This document shows positions 1 to 9,529 of a stretch of DNA of 57,427 nt, piece by piece. The notes under the pieces are model-generated. The model saw only the letters and a list, made by a program, of their open reading frames with translations, was not told where the DNA came from and ran no database searches. The stretch's first letter is position 1; every line of letters begins with the position of its first letter. Position numbers and translations under genes: made by a program. Location: IMG/VR virus record IMGVR_UViG_2778261297_000008; one strand, given 5' to 3'. The DNA comes from a virus (Duplodnaviria; Heunggongvirae; Uroviricota; Caudoviricetes).

Positions 1-1254
1 ATGCTGGAACAAATGGGCATTGCCGCGAAGCAAGCCTCGTATAAATTAGCGCAACTCTCCAGCCGCGAAAAAAATCGCGTGCTGGAAAAAATCGCCGATG
101 AACTGGAAGCACAAAGCGAAATCATCCTCAACGCTAACGCCCAGGATGTTGCTGACGCGCGAGCCAATGGCCTTAGCGAAGCGATGCTTGACCGTCTGGC
201 ACTGACGCCCGCACGGCTGAAAGGCATTGCCGACGATGTACGTCAGGTGTGCAACCTCGCCGATCCGGTGGGGCAGGTAATCGATGGCGGCGTACTGGAC
301 AGCGGCCTGCGTCTTGAGCGTCGTCGCGTACCGCTGGGGGTTATTGGCGTGATTTATGAAGCGCGCCCGAACGTGACGGTTGATGTCGCTTCGCTGTGCC
401 TGAAAACCGGTAATGCGGTGATCCTGCGCGGTGGCAAAGAAACGTGTCGCACTAACGCTGCAACGGTGGCGGTGATTCAGGACGCCCTGAAATCCTGCGG
501 CTTACCGGCGGGTGCCGTGCAGGCGATTGATAATCCTGACCGTGCGCTGGTCAGTGAAATGCTGCGTATGGATAAATACATCGACATGCTGATCCCGCGT
601 GGTGGCGCTGGTTTGCATAAACTGTGCCGTGAACAGTCGACAATCCCGGTGATCACAGGTGGTATAGGCGTATGCCATATTTACGTTGATGAAAGTGTAG
701 AGATCGCTGAAGCATTAAAAGTGATCGTCAACGCGAAAACTCAGCGTCCGAGCACATGTAATACGGTTGAAACGTTGCTGGTGAATAAAAACATCGCCGA
801 TAGCTTCCTGCCCGCATTAAGCAAACAAATGGCGGAAAGCGGCGTGACATTACACGCAGATGCAGCTGCACTGGCGCAGTTGCAGGCAGGCCCTGCGAAG
901 GTGGTTGCTGTTAAAGCCGAAGAGTATGACGATGAGTTTCTGTCATTAGATTTGAACGTCAAAATCGTCAGCGATCTTGACGATGCCATCGCCCATATTC
1001 GTGAACACGGCACACAACACTCCGATGCGATCCTGACCCGCGATATGCGCAACGCCCAGCGTTTTGTTAACGAAGTGGATTCGTCCGCTGTTTACGTTAA
1101 CGCCTCTACGCGTTTTACCGACGGCGGCCAGTTTGGTCTGGGTGCGGAAGTGGCGGTAAGCACACAAAAACTCCACGCGCGTGGCCCAATGGGGCTGGAA
1201 GCACTGACCACTTACAAGTGGATCGGCATTGGTGATTACACCATTCGTGCGTAA
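1..1254 (+). CDS. proA: gamma-glutamyl phosphate reductase (glutamate-5-semialdehyde dehydrogenase), complete 417 aa
   Basis: Full-length ORF; translation matches my recollection of enterobacterial ProA; stop TAA at 1252-1254. Confidence 0.96.
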
Positions 1255-1368
1255 ATAAAACCGGGTGATGCAAAAGTAGCCATTTGATTCACAAGGCCAT
1301 TGACGCATCGCCCGGTTAGTTTTAACCTTGTCCACCGTGATTCACGTTCGTGAACATGTCCTTTCAGG

Positions 1369-1444
1369 GCCGATATAGCTCAGTTGGTAGAGCAGCGCAT
1401 TCGTAATGCGAAGGTCGTAGGTTCGACTCCTATTATCGGCACCA
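1369..1444 (+). tRNA. thrW: tRNA-Thr (anticodon CGU)
   Basis: 76-nt sequence GCCGATATAGCTCAGTTGGTAGAGCAGCGCATTCGTAATGCG...GGCACCA with cloverleaf-compatible arms, CGT anticodon, encoded CCA end. Confidence 0.95.
1399..1444. repeat. attL core: 46-bp direct repeat (3' part of tRNA-Thr), identical to 49619-49664
   Basis: Exact 46-bp match read directly in the sequence; integrase gene immediately adjacent. Confidence 0.85.
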
Positions 1445-1458
1445 TTTAAATCAATAAG

Positions 1459-2622
1459 TTACACATCATTAGTACCTTCCTTATTTTTTGACTGGGACAA
1501 ATTTGGGACCGATGGGTTTAGGATCGAGTCTATTTGCCGTGCGTGTTCGGTAAGGTGATTAGGTGCAAGGTGAGCATATCGACGAACCATTTCGATAGAC
1601 TCCCAGCCTCCCATTTCCTGTAACACTGACAACGGGACTCCGGCTTGAACCAGCCAACTTGCCCAGGTGTGTCTCAAGTCGTGAAATCTGAAATCATCAA
1701 TACCAGCCCGTCTCAGCGCCGCTTTCCAGGCTGTGTTTGCGTCATACCGCATCTTCCTGACTGTTGGCGCTTTCGTTCCGTCTGGTTTGGTACAGCTTTC
1801 CTTGTACACAAATACCCAACGGTGATGATTCCCGATTTGTTTTTTCAATACGCGACATGCAGTATCATTCAGCGCAACGCCAATTGCGCGGTTTGATTTA
1901 CTCTCTTCCGGGTTTATCCATGCCACCCGGCGCTGCATATCTATTTGTTGCCATTCAAGGTTGATGATGTTCGAGCGTCTTAGGCCTGTTGCCAGTGCAA
2001 ATTCAACAACAGACTTTAATGGCTCCGGACATTCATCAATCAGCCTTTGTGCTTCATGGGGCTCCAGCCAGCGGATCCGTTTATTCTTTGGTTGGGGCAC
2101 TTTAATAATTGGTGCCTTATCCAGCATTTTCCATTCACGCTCTGCGGCTCTTAGTAGGGCCTTTATAAATGAAAGATGCGTAGCCTTCGTTGCAACGGAC
2201 GCTGGTTTTGGCGTGTATTCTGGAACAGGTTTCCCTTTTTTTCTGCATGCTTCTGCCCTGAGTTTCCAGTTTTCCTCATGACGCCGGTTCGTCATTTTCT
2301 GCATTGCTGAATAAATTTTTGATTCAGTAATGTCTCTTAGTTGCATTCCTGCGAAATGTTGAAGCCAGAATCCGATCCGGCTTTTGTCATCGTCCAGTGA
2401 TTTTTTATGTGCTTTCTCTTCAAGCCACCTGACACACGCTTCCTCGAACGTTATATCAGGTATTTCACCAAGTTTGCTGACCCGCCATGCTTCAGCCTTT
2501 AGCTTGTCATGGAGTTCTGTCGCCTGCCTTTTGTCCTTTGTTCCAAGAGACTGTTTAAATCTTTTACCGTTCGGCAATGTGAAACTGGCGTACCATATTT
2601 CACCTCTGCGGAAGAGTGACAT
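1459..2622 (-). CDS. int: Tyrosine-type phage integrase (DLP12 IntD-like)
   Basis: 387 aa; C-terminal HDLRHTW...VRRYAHL tyrosine-recombinase motifs; close to recalled IntD; SD GAGGA 8 nt upstream of ATG at 2622. Confidence 0.94.
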   Translation of the reverse strand: MSLFRRGEIWYASFTLPNGKRFKQSLGTKDKRQATELHDKLKAEAWRVSKLGEIPDITFEEACVRWLEEKAHKKSLDDDKSRIGFWLQHFAGMQLRDITESKIYSAMQKMTNRRHEENWKLRAEACRKKGKPVPEYTPKPASVATKATHLSFIKALLRAAEREWKMLDKAPIIKVPQPKNKRIRWLEPHEAQRLIDECPEPLKSVVEFALATGLRRSNIINLEWQQIDMQRRVAWINPEESKSNRAIGVALNDTACRVLKKQIGNHHRWVFVYKESCTKPDGTKAPTVRKMRYDANTAWKAALRRAGIDDFRFHDLRHTWASWLVQAGVPLSVLQEMGGWESIEMVRRYAHLAPNHLTEHARQIDSILNPSVPNLSQSKNKEGTNDV

Positions 2623-2849
2623 TTTCTTTCCTCTGTTATGCCATCACCCGCGCTCACCTGGACAGTATGCAGCGGAGACTGAAGAGCCGCAATGCAGGCT
2701 TGTCGTGTTGTGAGGTAAGGAGATTTATTCTTAGTGGGATCTTTGCGTGTTGCCTGAAGACGCCCTGTGCGTATCCAGTTAATGGCAGTCGGTCTGGATA
2801 TCTTGAGAAAATGACAGGCCTCATCGAGTGTGAGGCTGTATGGCTCCAT
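2499..2849 (-). CDS. xis: Excisionase (Xis-like DNA-binding protein); start chosen at internal ATG with SD GAGGTG
   Basis: ORF directly upstream of int on the same strand, overlapping the int start; [31 protein letters not shown] resembles an excisionase HTH; 3' extent uncertain. Confidence 0.55.
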   Translation of the reverse strand: MEPYSLTLDEACHFLKISRPTAINWIRTGRLQATRKDPTKNKSPYLTTRQACIAALQSPLHTVQVSAGDGITEERKCHSSAEVKYGTPVSHCRTVKDLNSLLEQRTKGRRQNSMTS

Positions 2850-3154
2850 TATTTCACCTCTTGCTGTGACATTGTTGAAAAATGGATACCAGCTCGTTGC
2901 TGCCAGACGATCCAACCGAGAGTCATATCCCATGCCATGTATTCGTTATCGCCGTTTTTTGCTCTCCGACGATCTACTAAGTCACCGAAACGCTTTTCCA
3001 TGAATAATTCATAAGCTTCGCGTTCATCTGGTTCTACTTCCAGAGATAGGAGTGCGATTTCATAAGCACGGCGCTCAATATCGTCTCGCACGTCAAGGCT
3101 GCTGATACGCTCTTTAATTTCTTTAATCAGTTCTTTGTCGGTAAAAGTGGTCAT
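2849..3154 (-). CDS. Hypothetical small phage protein (acidic, 101 aa)
   Basis: ORF with GGAG upstream; stop overlaps xis start (TAATG coupling); no recognisable domain. Confidence 0.4.
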   Translation of the reverse strand: MTTFTDKELIKEIKERISSLDVRDDIERRAYEIALLSLEVEPDEREAYELFMEKRFGDLVDRRRAKNGDNEYMAWDMTLGWIVWQQRAGIHFSTMSQQEVK

Positions 3155-3516
3155 TATGCTCCAGCCTCCGGTGCTTTTGGCATTACTGCCCAGTGAGTGA
3201 TATTGACGTTTTCAAGGTCCCCGACCTGAAATGTCCATTGCCATTCTCCGGTTTCTTTTTGTCCCCAGGTGTACCAGAGAGAACGCCAGCCAATTAGCCA
3301 GCCTTCTCCGTTAGCATCGAATAACAAAACACTTTCATTTGCTGGTGGCAGTTCAGTTGACACTGGTATTACTTTGTTTTCCTGTGCTGCACATTTAGCT
3401 TCAAGCGCATCGAATTTACGCACTAGGTATTCAGCATCTGTTTTATTTACTTTCAGATCTCGCGGTACACATCTCCCACGAAGAAACCCTTCCATTTCGA
3501 AAACATTCATGCGCAT
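3154..3516 (-). CDS. DUF551-like phage protein
   Basis: 120-aa ORF; Trp-rich C-terminus (WLIGWRSLWYTWGQKETGEWQW) resembles the DUF551 family common in enterobacterial prophages. Confidence 0.55.
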   Translation of the reverse strand: MRMNVFEMEGFLRGRCVPRDLKVNKTDAEYLVRKFDALEAKCAAQENKVIPVSTELPPANESVLLFDANGEGWLIGWRSLWYTWGQKETGEWQWTFQVGDLENVNITHWAVMPKAPEAGA

Positions 3517-4043
3517 TTGCGTAACTCCGATAACTCGTTAAAGCGTTCCATAAACATCCCGTAGGCATGGCCCGGTGCCAGTGGAATCACGTTGAACATC
3601 TCTGTTGCCGGGATACCTTCCAGTACAGGCCAGAAAGAGCCATCATCAAGCCCGAGATCGCGGCGTTCGGTTGCCAGCATGATGAGATCGGCATATTTCA
3701 CGGGCGTACTCATAACTGGGGGTAACCCGTATTTCTCACGGATTACGGCGTCTATTTTTTCTTCCATTTGTTTATAGTCAGGAAGAAGGCGTTTCAGTGG
3801 TGCGGGAATGTCCTGGCAATACGCTTCTGTTGCATCATGCATTAACGCTTCAAAAGCAAATTCCTGCGGCACCAGCTGGCTGCAAAGAACCGCATGTTGG
3901 GCGACGCTGTAGAAGTGCGAAAGATGACCGGCAAAGCGACAGATATTTGAAAGGGAAACCGCGATATCGTTAATATCGATGTCGTCTTTATTTATCCTGT
4001 CATAATAAAAATGCTTCCCGGAAAAAGTTTTAATAAATGACAT
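3507..4043 (-). CDS. HD-domain phosphohydrolase, YfdR-like 5'-deoxynucleotidase
   Basis: HD motif context (QHAVLCS...HDATEAY); ORF-track start at 4070 is GTG, the ATG at 4043 has GGAG upstream. Confidence 0.65.
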   Translation of the reverse strand: MSFIKTFSGKHFYYDRINKDDIDINDIAVSLSNICRFAGHLSHFYSVAQHAVLCSQLVPQEFAFEALMHDATEAYCQDIPAPLKRLLPDYKQMEEKIDAVIREKYGLPPVMSTPVKYADLIMLATERRDLGLDDGSFWPVLEGIPATEMFNVIPLAPGHAYGMFMERFNELSELRKCA

Positions 4044-4170
4044 TTTGTTCTCCACGTATATGCGCTGCACCGCGCTGAATTCTGGTAAAAAAAATCCCTC
4101 ACCATCCGGCGATTATTGAGTAAATTACGTTTCCATAAATGCCCCCGCAGGGGCATTTGCAGTAATGAAA

Positions 4171-4995
4171 TCAGGCGATGAAAGTACCAATAAAGGTTTC
4201 TACTTTGCTGTCCTTGAATTTCTCAACAAGCAGATCACGAAATTCGTTAGCCATTTCTTCCTGCACCGCCTCCAGCTGAATAATGCGCAGAACCAGTACA
4301 GGACGATCGCCAGTGATAATACTGAGGCGTAATTTAAACGGACGTTCTTTCAGACCTTCAAACGGAACGCATTTAAATTCAAATGCCACTGGCATAATGT
4401 CTTTGGTCTTCGCTTCGACAGACTCCATCAGGGAGCGTTTGCCGCTGAAGTCATTATCTTCAAAATCAGCGGTCTGGTTTGCTTCAATCGTGATTTTACG
4501 GACAGCCGCAGCCGCTTTTGTTGCCTGAATAGCGTCACCATTAGCATCAAAGCCCACAAGATAGTCGGCCCAGTCTTCAATCCATTCTGCTAGTGACTTC
4601 TGGGAGTTACGCTCGCCGTTAACAGACAACAGAGCAGAGAACGGTGCTGTCTTTTTCAGTTTGAGTGTGGCGGTGTTATCTGCGTGACCTGGTTCATCAA
4701 TAGTACCCAGGTTAAGCACACTGACGGCACGCATATTATCAGCATCGATAAAGCAGCGGGTGCCTTCATCTGCAAGATCTTTAGAATAACGGGTAAAGTC
4801 ATCGATGCTGGCAGTGGAAAGCGCACCACGGAAACGGAAGCGATTTAAATTAAATTTTTCCAGATCATGAATGCGGAAATTCTCAGGCAATGCCACAGCA
4901 TCGGCACCAATCTTACTGATAATTTCATTAACACCCTGAGCAGAAATAAGGGCATGGATTTGATTAATTGCGGTTGCGTCTAAGTTCTGAGACAT
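4171..4995 (-). CDS. YfdQ-like (DUF2303) prophage protein
   Basis: 274-aa ORF, SD GTGAGGA upstream; recalled similarity to CPS-53 YfdQ. Confidence 0.65.
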   Translation of the reverse strand: MSQNLDATAINQIHALISAQGVNEIISKIGADAVALPENFRIHDLEKFNLNRFRFRGALSTASIDDFTRYSKDLADEGTRCFIDADNMRAVSVLNLGTIDEPGHADNTATLKLKKTAPFSALLSVNGERNSQKSLAEWIEDWADYLVGFDANGDAIQATKAAAAVRKITIEANQTADFEDNDFSGKRSLMESVEAKTKDIMPVAFEFKCVPFEGLKERPFKLRLSIITGDRPVLVLRIIQLEAVQEEMANEFRDLLVEKFKDSKVETFIGTFIA

Positions 4996-5060
4996 AATAA
5001 GTCCTCACTATATAAAGATATTCAGTGATGAGATAAATAATCAGTTAATTAAGAACGATA

Positions 5061-5423
5061 TTAATGACCTGCTGCGCGAAGTTTTCCGTCAGGTTCACCG
5101 GCAAGAGTCAGTAATTGTCCCTGGTCTTCCTGCAGAATAGTCAGGCGACCACCGCGATTGACATACATCGGTGTTTCGGTGGTGTCTTCTTCAGAAATTT
5201 TCCCGCGGTTAGTCGGGCGAACATATGAGAGTTTGTGTTTGATTTTCACACGGTTCTCATCAAACGGTTCGATTTCCAGGTTGAGTGAGACCTTACCTTT
5301 GGTTTTCGTGTTCATCACACCGGAAGCGACTTCACTGAGAACTGCGCCGATTTTGGTTTCAAATACGCCGCCGTCCAGCTCCCCGATAAATGCCTGCACA
5401 TCAGTACTGCGTTCGCTAGCCAT
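5061..5423 (-). CDS. YfdP-like small prophage protein (start at MASERSTD... with SD GGAG)
   Basis: ORF-track frame 5061-5654; the upstream extension overlaps a structured non-coding region, so the internal ATG at 5423 is preferred. Confidence 0.5.
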   Translation of the reverse strand: MASERSTDVQAFIGELDGGVFETKIGAVLSEVASGVMNTKTKGKVSLNLEIEPFDENRVKIKHKLSYVRPTNRGKISEEDTTETPMYVNRGGRLTILQEDQGQLLTLAGEPDGKLRAAGH

Positions 5424-5557
5424 TTTGCTGCTCCTCATCATATCGACCCTGTAAGGTCGGTTAGTTTCTCCACAAAACAGAGAAGAACACCTGCGGTGGC
5501 AGCCGCCCGGATGGATTGGGTTATGAGCCCGTCGTCCGGTGATGCTCTTCTCTGTTT

Positions 5558-5606
5558 TGTAAAAAGAGCGGTACCAGCCGGAAGCAAGGGTACAAACTGG
5601 TACCGC
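5558..5606 (-). terminator. Candidate intrinsic terminator or attenuator in the early-left leader (10-bp GC stem plus U-run on the minus strand)
   Basis: Perfect inverted repeat GCGGTACCAG (5568-5577) / CTGGTACCGC (5597-5606); on the minus strand it is followed by TCTTTTTTACA. Confidence 0.4.
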
Positions 5607-6074
5607 CAAAGCAGTGGCTGTTGTGGTGGGGTTGTCACTCAGGCGTATGGTCAACCTGACAATCCGGTGTCCTCAACGGGGAAAGAGTAACCCCGCCATA
5701 CTTACCGCCGCGCCATTTCGCGGATTACCACAACGCTGAGAGCACTTAGCCAGTTACGGCACCACACTTTGTCGCGGCTCCATAAATGCCCTCATCGTTG
5801 CACCCTGGTCTCTTCCCAGGCGTCAAACCGAATCGCCACGCTGGTTAGGCGTCTTATCAGCATCATCATTGACTTGCACATTCCGGCTACCTGGTTTGTT
5901 TGCCCGAGCAAGGAGTGGATTGTCCCCTTTAACGTCCCCAGACCGCTAACGACGCATGTGCCATACGCCGTGTTACAACCAAATTTTGTTAGTACCTTGT
6001 TTGTCTGGAAAGAAAGATAAAATGAAGTTGCGCATTATGCAAGTGTTTTTGTTGCGAGATATGCAATTTAAAGG

Positions 6075-6101
6075 GTAATGAAAAGCCACCTTTGGGTGGC
6101 T
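6075..6101 (-). terminator. Candidate terminator downstream of the cI-like repressor
   Basis: Hairpin AGCCACC-TTTG-GGTGGCT (6084-6101) followed on the minus strand by a T-rich tract. Confidence 0.4.
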
Positions 6102-6121
6102 AATTGATGAGGAGGTAAGGG

Positions 6122-6814
6122 TTAATTGTGTCGCTTAAGGGTTTGTGACTGGCTGATTAAGACCTTTCCAAAGACCATAAACCGGTGTTCATTTTCGCTG
6201 GTAATTCCCCATTCACGGTAAATCTGGTTATCAGAAATCACCAGTAGTTTGTCAGGTATCATTTGCAGTCGTTTGACATAAATTTTATCATCAAAACCAA
6301 ATACATAGATACCATCTCCATCAAACTGATTGATACTGACATCAACGAAGATGAGATCTCCTGGCTCAATGGTTGGACACATACTGTCCCCACGAACGTT
6401 GATAACTTTAATGTGATTGGCTGGCCGTCCGCCAAACATCGATACAGCATTATCAGTTCTGTATTCAATGGCATGAATCACATCAATGACATCACCGCCC
6501 TGGATAAGGCCATTTCCCGCACTGGCACTGACATCCAGCATTTCAATACGGAATACATCCTTCACCTGCGCAACATCCTCACTAATACTGTTTTTACATA
6601 CAGTATTACTTTTGAAGTCTGAGGTAAAGAGATCAGCAATATCAACACCTAAGCTCTTGGCAATATTACTCAGGGCTTGTTCAGTGAATTGTTTCTGCTT
6701 ACCTGTTTCCAGGCGTGAGATATTCGCCGCATCCACTCCTATTGCTTCAGCGAGATCGGCGATTTTCATGTTCTTCGCCTGGCGAAGTTGTCTGACTCGT
6801 TTTCCTATGTTCAT
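6122..6814 (-). CDS. CI-like phage repressor (N-terminal HTH + C-terminal S24 LexA-like peptidase domain)
   Basis: 230 aa; N-terminal HTH (IADLAEAIGVDAANISRLETGK), C-terminal S24-like region (NVRGDSMCPTIEPGDLIFVD...KRL); divergent from the cro-like gene. Confidence 0.9.
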   Translation of the reverse strand: MNIGKRVRQLRQAKNMKIADLAEAIGVDAANISRLETGKQKQFTEQALSNIAKSLGVDIADLFTSDFKSNTVCKNSISEDVAQVKDVFRIEMLDVSASAGNGLIQGGDVIDVIHAIEYRTDNAVSMFGGRPANHIKVINVRGDSMCPTIEPGDLIFVDVSINQFDGDGIYVFGFDDKIYVKRLQMIPDKLLVISDNQIYREWGITSENEHRFMVFGKVLISQSQTLKRHN

Positions 6815-6911
6815 GCGTTTATTACATTTCTTTATTGCGCGTTAAGCAAATCAACTTGCGCAAAATATTTGCGTGAAATAATATGCTCATCACGCAATAT
6901 GTGGAGGTCAT
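6815..6911. promoter_or_regulatory. Immunity-region operator/promoter interval between divergent cI-like and cro-like genes
   Basis: 97-bp divergent intergenic region with repeated TTGCGC half-sites and the near-palindrome CGCAAAATATTTGCG. Confidence 0.6.
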
Positions 6912-7172
6912 ATGCAATCACCATTACGGAATGTGCGTAAGGCGCACGGATTTACTTTGCAGCATGTTGCTGCTGGCGTTCAGGTCAATCCAGCGACGCT
7001 GAGTCGTATTGAAAGACTGGAACAAATTCCATCTATCGATCTTGCAGAACGTCTGGCCAATTTTTTTAAGGGTGAAATCAGCGAAATGCAGATTCTTTAT
7101 CCGGCACGTTTTCAATCTAGCCAAAACCAGAATGGGTTTAAACCACAGGAACAGGAGGTAAGCCGTGGGTAA
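6912..7172 (+). CDS. Cro-like HTH regulator
   Basis: 86 aa, HTH (FTLQHVAAGVQVNPATLSRIER), SD GGAGGT upstream, divergent from the repressor. Confidence 0.8.
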   Translation: MQSPLRNVRKAHGFTLQHVAAGVQVNPATLSRIERLEQIPSIDLAERLANFFKGEISEMQILYPARFQSSQNQNGFKPQEQEVSRG

Positions 7173-7722
7173 TCATCACTGGAAAGTGGAAAAACAGCCT
7201 GAGTGGTACGTGAAAGCTGTCAGAAAAACTATCGCGGCGTTGCCGGGGGGTTACGCTGAAGCTGCTGAGTGGCTGGATGTAACAGAGAACGCATTATTTA
7301 ACCGCCTTCGTGCCGATGGCGATCAGATTTTCCCGCTGGGATGGGCAATGATTTTACAACGTGCTGGTGGCACTCACTTCATTGCTGACGCTGTGGCGCA
7401 GTCTGCAAATGGCGTCTTTGTGTCTCTTTCTGACGTCGAGGATGTGGACAATGCCGATATTAACCAGCGTTTACTGGAAGTCATTGAACAGATCGGCAGT
7501 TATTCAAAACAGATTCGTTCGGCAATCGAAGACGGTGTAGTGGAACCGCATGAGAAGACAGCAATTAACGACGAGCTGTACCTCTCAATTTCGAAGCTGC
7601 AGGAGCATGCAGCACTTGTCTACAAAATTTTTTGCGTTTCAGAAAGTAATGACGCCCGCGAGTGTGCAGCTCCGGGCGTCGTGGCGTCGATTGCTTCTGG
7701 TTGTGGAGAAACTAACGCATGA
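7165..7722 (+). CDS. CII-like / YdaT-family phage regulatory protein
   Basis: 185-aa ORF just after cro with AGGAGG 6 nt before a GTG start; family assignment from memory. Confidence 0.55.
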   Translation: MGNHHWKVEKQPEWYVKAVRKTIAALPGGYAEAAEWLDVTENALFNRLRADGDQIFPLGWAMILQRAGGTHFIADAVAQSANGVFVSLSDVEDVDNADINQRLLEVIEQIGSYSKQIRSAIEDGVVEPHEKTAINDELYLSISKLQEHAALVYKIFCVSESNDARECAAPGVVASIASGCGETNA

Positions 7723-8057
7723 ACAGTTTAACAACACACTACCGTCGCTCGCAACTGATTGCGCTTCCTGTACCGGGTGGAAAAGCGAAGGTGGAGTATT
7801 GCTATGCAGTAAATGTACCAGGTGACAGGGAAATTGTAACCCACAGCTTTGCTGAGTGGGCTGTGGGGGATTTCAACCGGCAGAAGGAGACAGTCCTTTG
7901 CGACAAGTTAACCGCTGGTTCAAAGATCACTACGGAGTGCCCGTCAGAGTCATTCGTTGGGAGCCGGAAACACAACGGGTTATCTACCTCCGTGAAGGCT
8001 ATGAGCATGAGTGCTTCAGCCCGCTCGAACAGTTTCGTCGTAAATTCAGGGAAATAG
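7719..8057 (+). CDS. Small phage ORF, frame A (ATG coupled to upstream stop); C-terminal half looks non-protein-like
   Basis: ATGA overlap with upstream gene and GGAGAA SD; mutually exclusive with, or frameshifted relative to, 7856-8077. Confidence 0.3.
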   Translation: MNSLTTHYRRSQLIALPVPGGKAKVEYCYAVNVPGDREIVTHSFAEWAVGDFNRQKETVLCDKLTAGSKITTECPSESFVGSRKHNGLSTSVKAMSMSASARSNSFVVNSGK

Positions 8058-8077
8058 AGGTCGGTCATGAGCACTAA
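7856..8077 (+). CDS. Small phage ORF, frame B (protein-like C-terminus, GTG start)
   Basis: Translation [49 protein letters not shown] looks like a real protein; stop overlaps the start of the replication gene. Confidence 0.35.
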   Translation: MGCGGFQPAEGDSPLRQVNRWFKDHYGVPVRVIRWEPETQRVIYLREGYEHECFSPLEQFRRKFREIEVGHEH

Positions 8078-9038
8078 ATTAACCGGCTATGTATGGGATG
8101 GTTGCGCTGCGTCAGGCATGAAATTATCCAGCGTGGCAATTATGGCCCGCCTGGCTGATTTCAGTAATGACGAAGGTGTGTGCTGGCCATCAATTGAAAC
8201 TATTGCCCGTCAGATTGGCGCGGGGATGAGTACCGTCAGAACGGCTATCGCACGGCTGGAAGCAGAAGGCTGGTTAACGCGTAAGGCGCGTCGCCAGGGT
8301 AACCGCAATGCGTCGAATGTTTATCAGCTTAACGTTGCGAAGCTTCAGGCAGCGGCATTTTCTCAACTGTCAGATTCTGACCCGTCAAAATCTGACGCAT
8401 CAAAATCTGACCCGTCAAAATCTGACGCATCAAAATCTGACCCGTCAAAATTTGATGCGTCGAAATCTGGCAAAAAAGCGGGTTTTCACCCGTCAGAATC
8501 TGGCGGGGATCCGTCAGTAAAATCAAAACATGATCCGTCAGATAAAAAACCTTCTCGTCCGGACGCTTCGCAACCGGACACGCAGACGGCTGAACAGGAT
8601 TTTTTAACTCGCCATCCTGATGCGGTTGTATTCAGCCCTAAAAAGCGCCAGTGGGGAACGCAGGATGATTTGACCTGCGCACAGTGGCTCTGGAAAAAAA
8701 TCATTGCCCTGTACGAGCAGGCCGCCGAATGTGACGGCGAGGTGGTTCGTCCCAAAGAACCGAACTGGACAGCATGGGCAAACGAAATTCGCCTGATGTG
8801 TGTGCAGGATGGTCGTACTCACAAACAAATCTGCGAGATGTACAGCCGCGTCAGCCGCGATCCGTTCTGGTGCCGTAACGTGCTCAGCCCGTCGAAGTTG
8901 CGGGAAAAATGGGATGAGCTTTCCCTGCGCTTATCGCCGTCCGTCAGCACGCAAACAGAAAAACGTGAAGACCCGTACTTCAAAGCCAGTTACGACAACG
9001 TGGACTACAGCCAGATCCCGGCAGGATTCAGGGGGTGA
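8067..9038 (+). CDS. Phage replication initiator / replisome organiser (N-terminal winged helix; internal ori iterons)
   Basis: 323 aa; N-terminal HTH (IETIARQIGAGMSTVRTAIARLEAEGWL); internal DPSKSDASKS peptide repeats encoded by tandem 15-bp DNA repeats. Confidence 0.8.
   Translation: MSTKLTGYVWDGCAASGMKLSSVAIMARLADFSNDEGVCWPSIETIARQIGAGMSTVRTAIARLEAEGWLTRKARRQGNRNASNVYQLNVAKLQAAAFSQLSDSDPSKSDASKSDPSKSDASKSDPSKFDASKSGKKAGFHPSESGGDPSVKSKHDPSDKKPSRPDASQPDTQTAEQDFLTRHPDAVVFSPKKRQWGTQDDLTCAQWLWKKIIALYEQAAECDGEVVRPKEPNWTAWANEIRLMCVQDGRTHKQICEMYSRVSRDPFWCRNVLSPSKLREKWDELSLRLSPSVSTQTEKREDPYFKASYDNVDYSQIPAGFRG
8369..8473. repeat. Seven tandem 15-bp iterons (GTCAAAATCTGACSC-like), candidate phage origin inside the replication gene
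   Basis: Direct tandem repeats read in the sequence, with degenerate copies to ~8550; analogous to lambda ori inside gene O. Confidence 0.6.
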
Positions 9039-9040
9039 TC

Positions 9041-9529
9041 ATGAGTCTTTTGAATGACGTTCAGAAATTCATTGAAGCCCATCCGGGCTGTACTTCCGGA
9101 GACATTGCAGATGCTTTTGCTGGTTACTCACGGCAGCGCGTTCTGCAGTCAGCAAGCAAGTTACGTCAGAGTGGGCGTGTGGCTCACCGTTGTGAAGGAG
9201 ATACACGCAGACATTTCCCGCGCCTGACTGAGAGAGCGCAGGAGCCGGAACCACAATCGGTTCGTGAAACCAGACCTGTGCGCAATTTCTATGTCGGCAC
9301 TAACGACCCCCGGGTGATTTTGTGCCTGACCCGCCAGGCTGAAGAACTGGAGTCCAGGGGCTTATTCCGTCGAGCTGCAACGGTGTGGATGGCGGCATTC
9401 CGTGAAAGCCACTCCCAGCCAGAACGAAACAATTTTCTGGCGCATCGTGAGCGGTGCTTACGGAAAAGCAGCAAGCGCGCTGCATCGGGTGAAGAGTGGT
9501 ATCTGTCAGGGAATTACGTGGGGGCTTAA
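9041..9529 (+). CDS. PerC/Pch-like (ANR family) transcriptional regulator homologue
   Basis: C-terminal region EELESRGLFRRAATVWMAAF...RERCL resembles the PerC family; ORF-track start 9035 is GTG, ATG at 9041 has an SD. Confidence 0.5.
   Translation: MSLLNDVQKFIEAHPGCTSGDIADAFAGYSRQRVLQSASKLRQSGRVAHRCEGDTRRHFPRLTERAQEPEPQSVRETRPVRNFYVGTNDPRVILCLTRQAEELESRGLFRRAATVWMAAFRESHSQPERNNFLAHRERCLRKSSKRAASGEEWYLSGNYVGA

Noticed and set aside
741-1335. Minus-strand ORFs (103 and 129 aa) overlapping proA
   Set aside because: Antisense to a well-supported conserved gene; no independent signals
5438-5638. 66-aa minus-strand ORF upstream of the YfdP-like gene
   Set aside because: Overlaps the 14-bp inverted repeat and terminator-like hairpin; likely part of the leader, not a gene
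5769-6020. 83-aa plus-strand ORF in the early-left leader
   Set aside because: No SD, unlikely amino-acid composition, overlaps strongly structured non-coding sequence; region treated as regulatory RNA/DNA
8369-8473. Tandem repeats considered as a possible CRISPR array
   Set aside because: 15-bp period with no unique spacers, lies in-frame within a coding sequence, no cas genes nearby; interpreted as origin iterons
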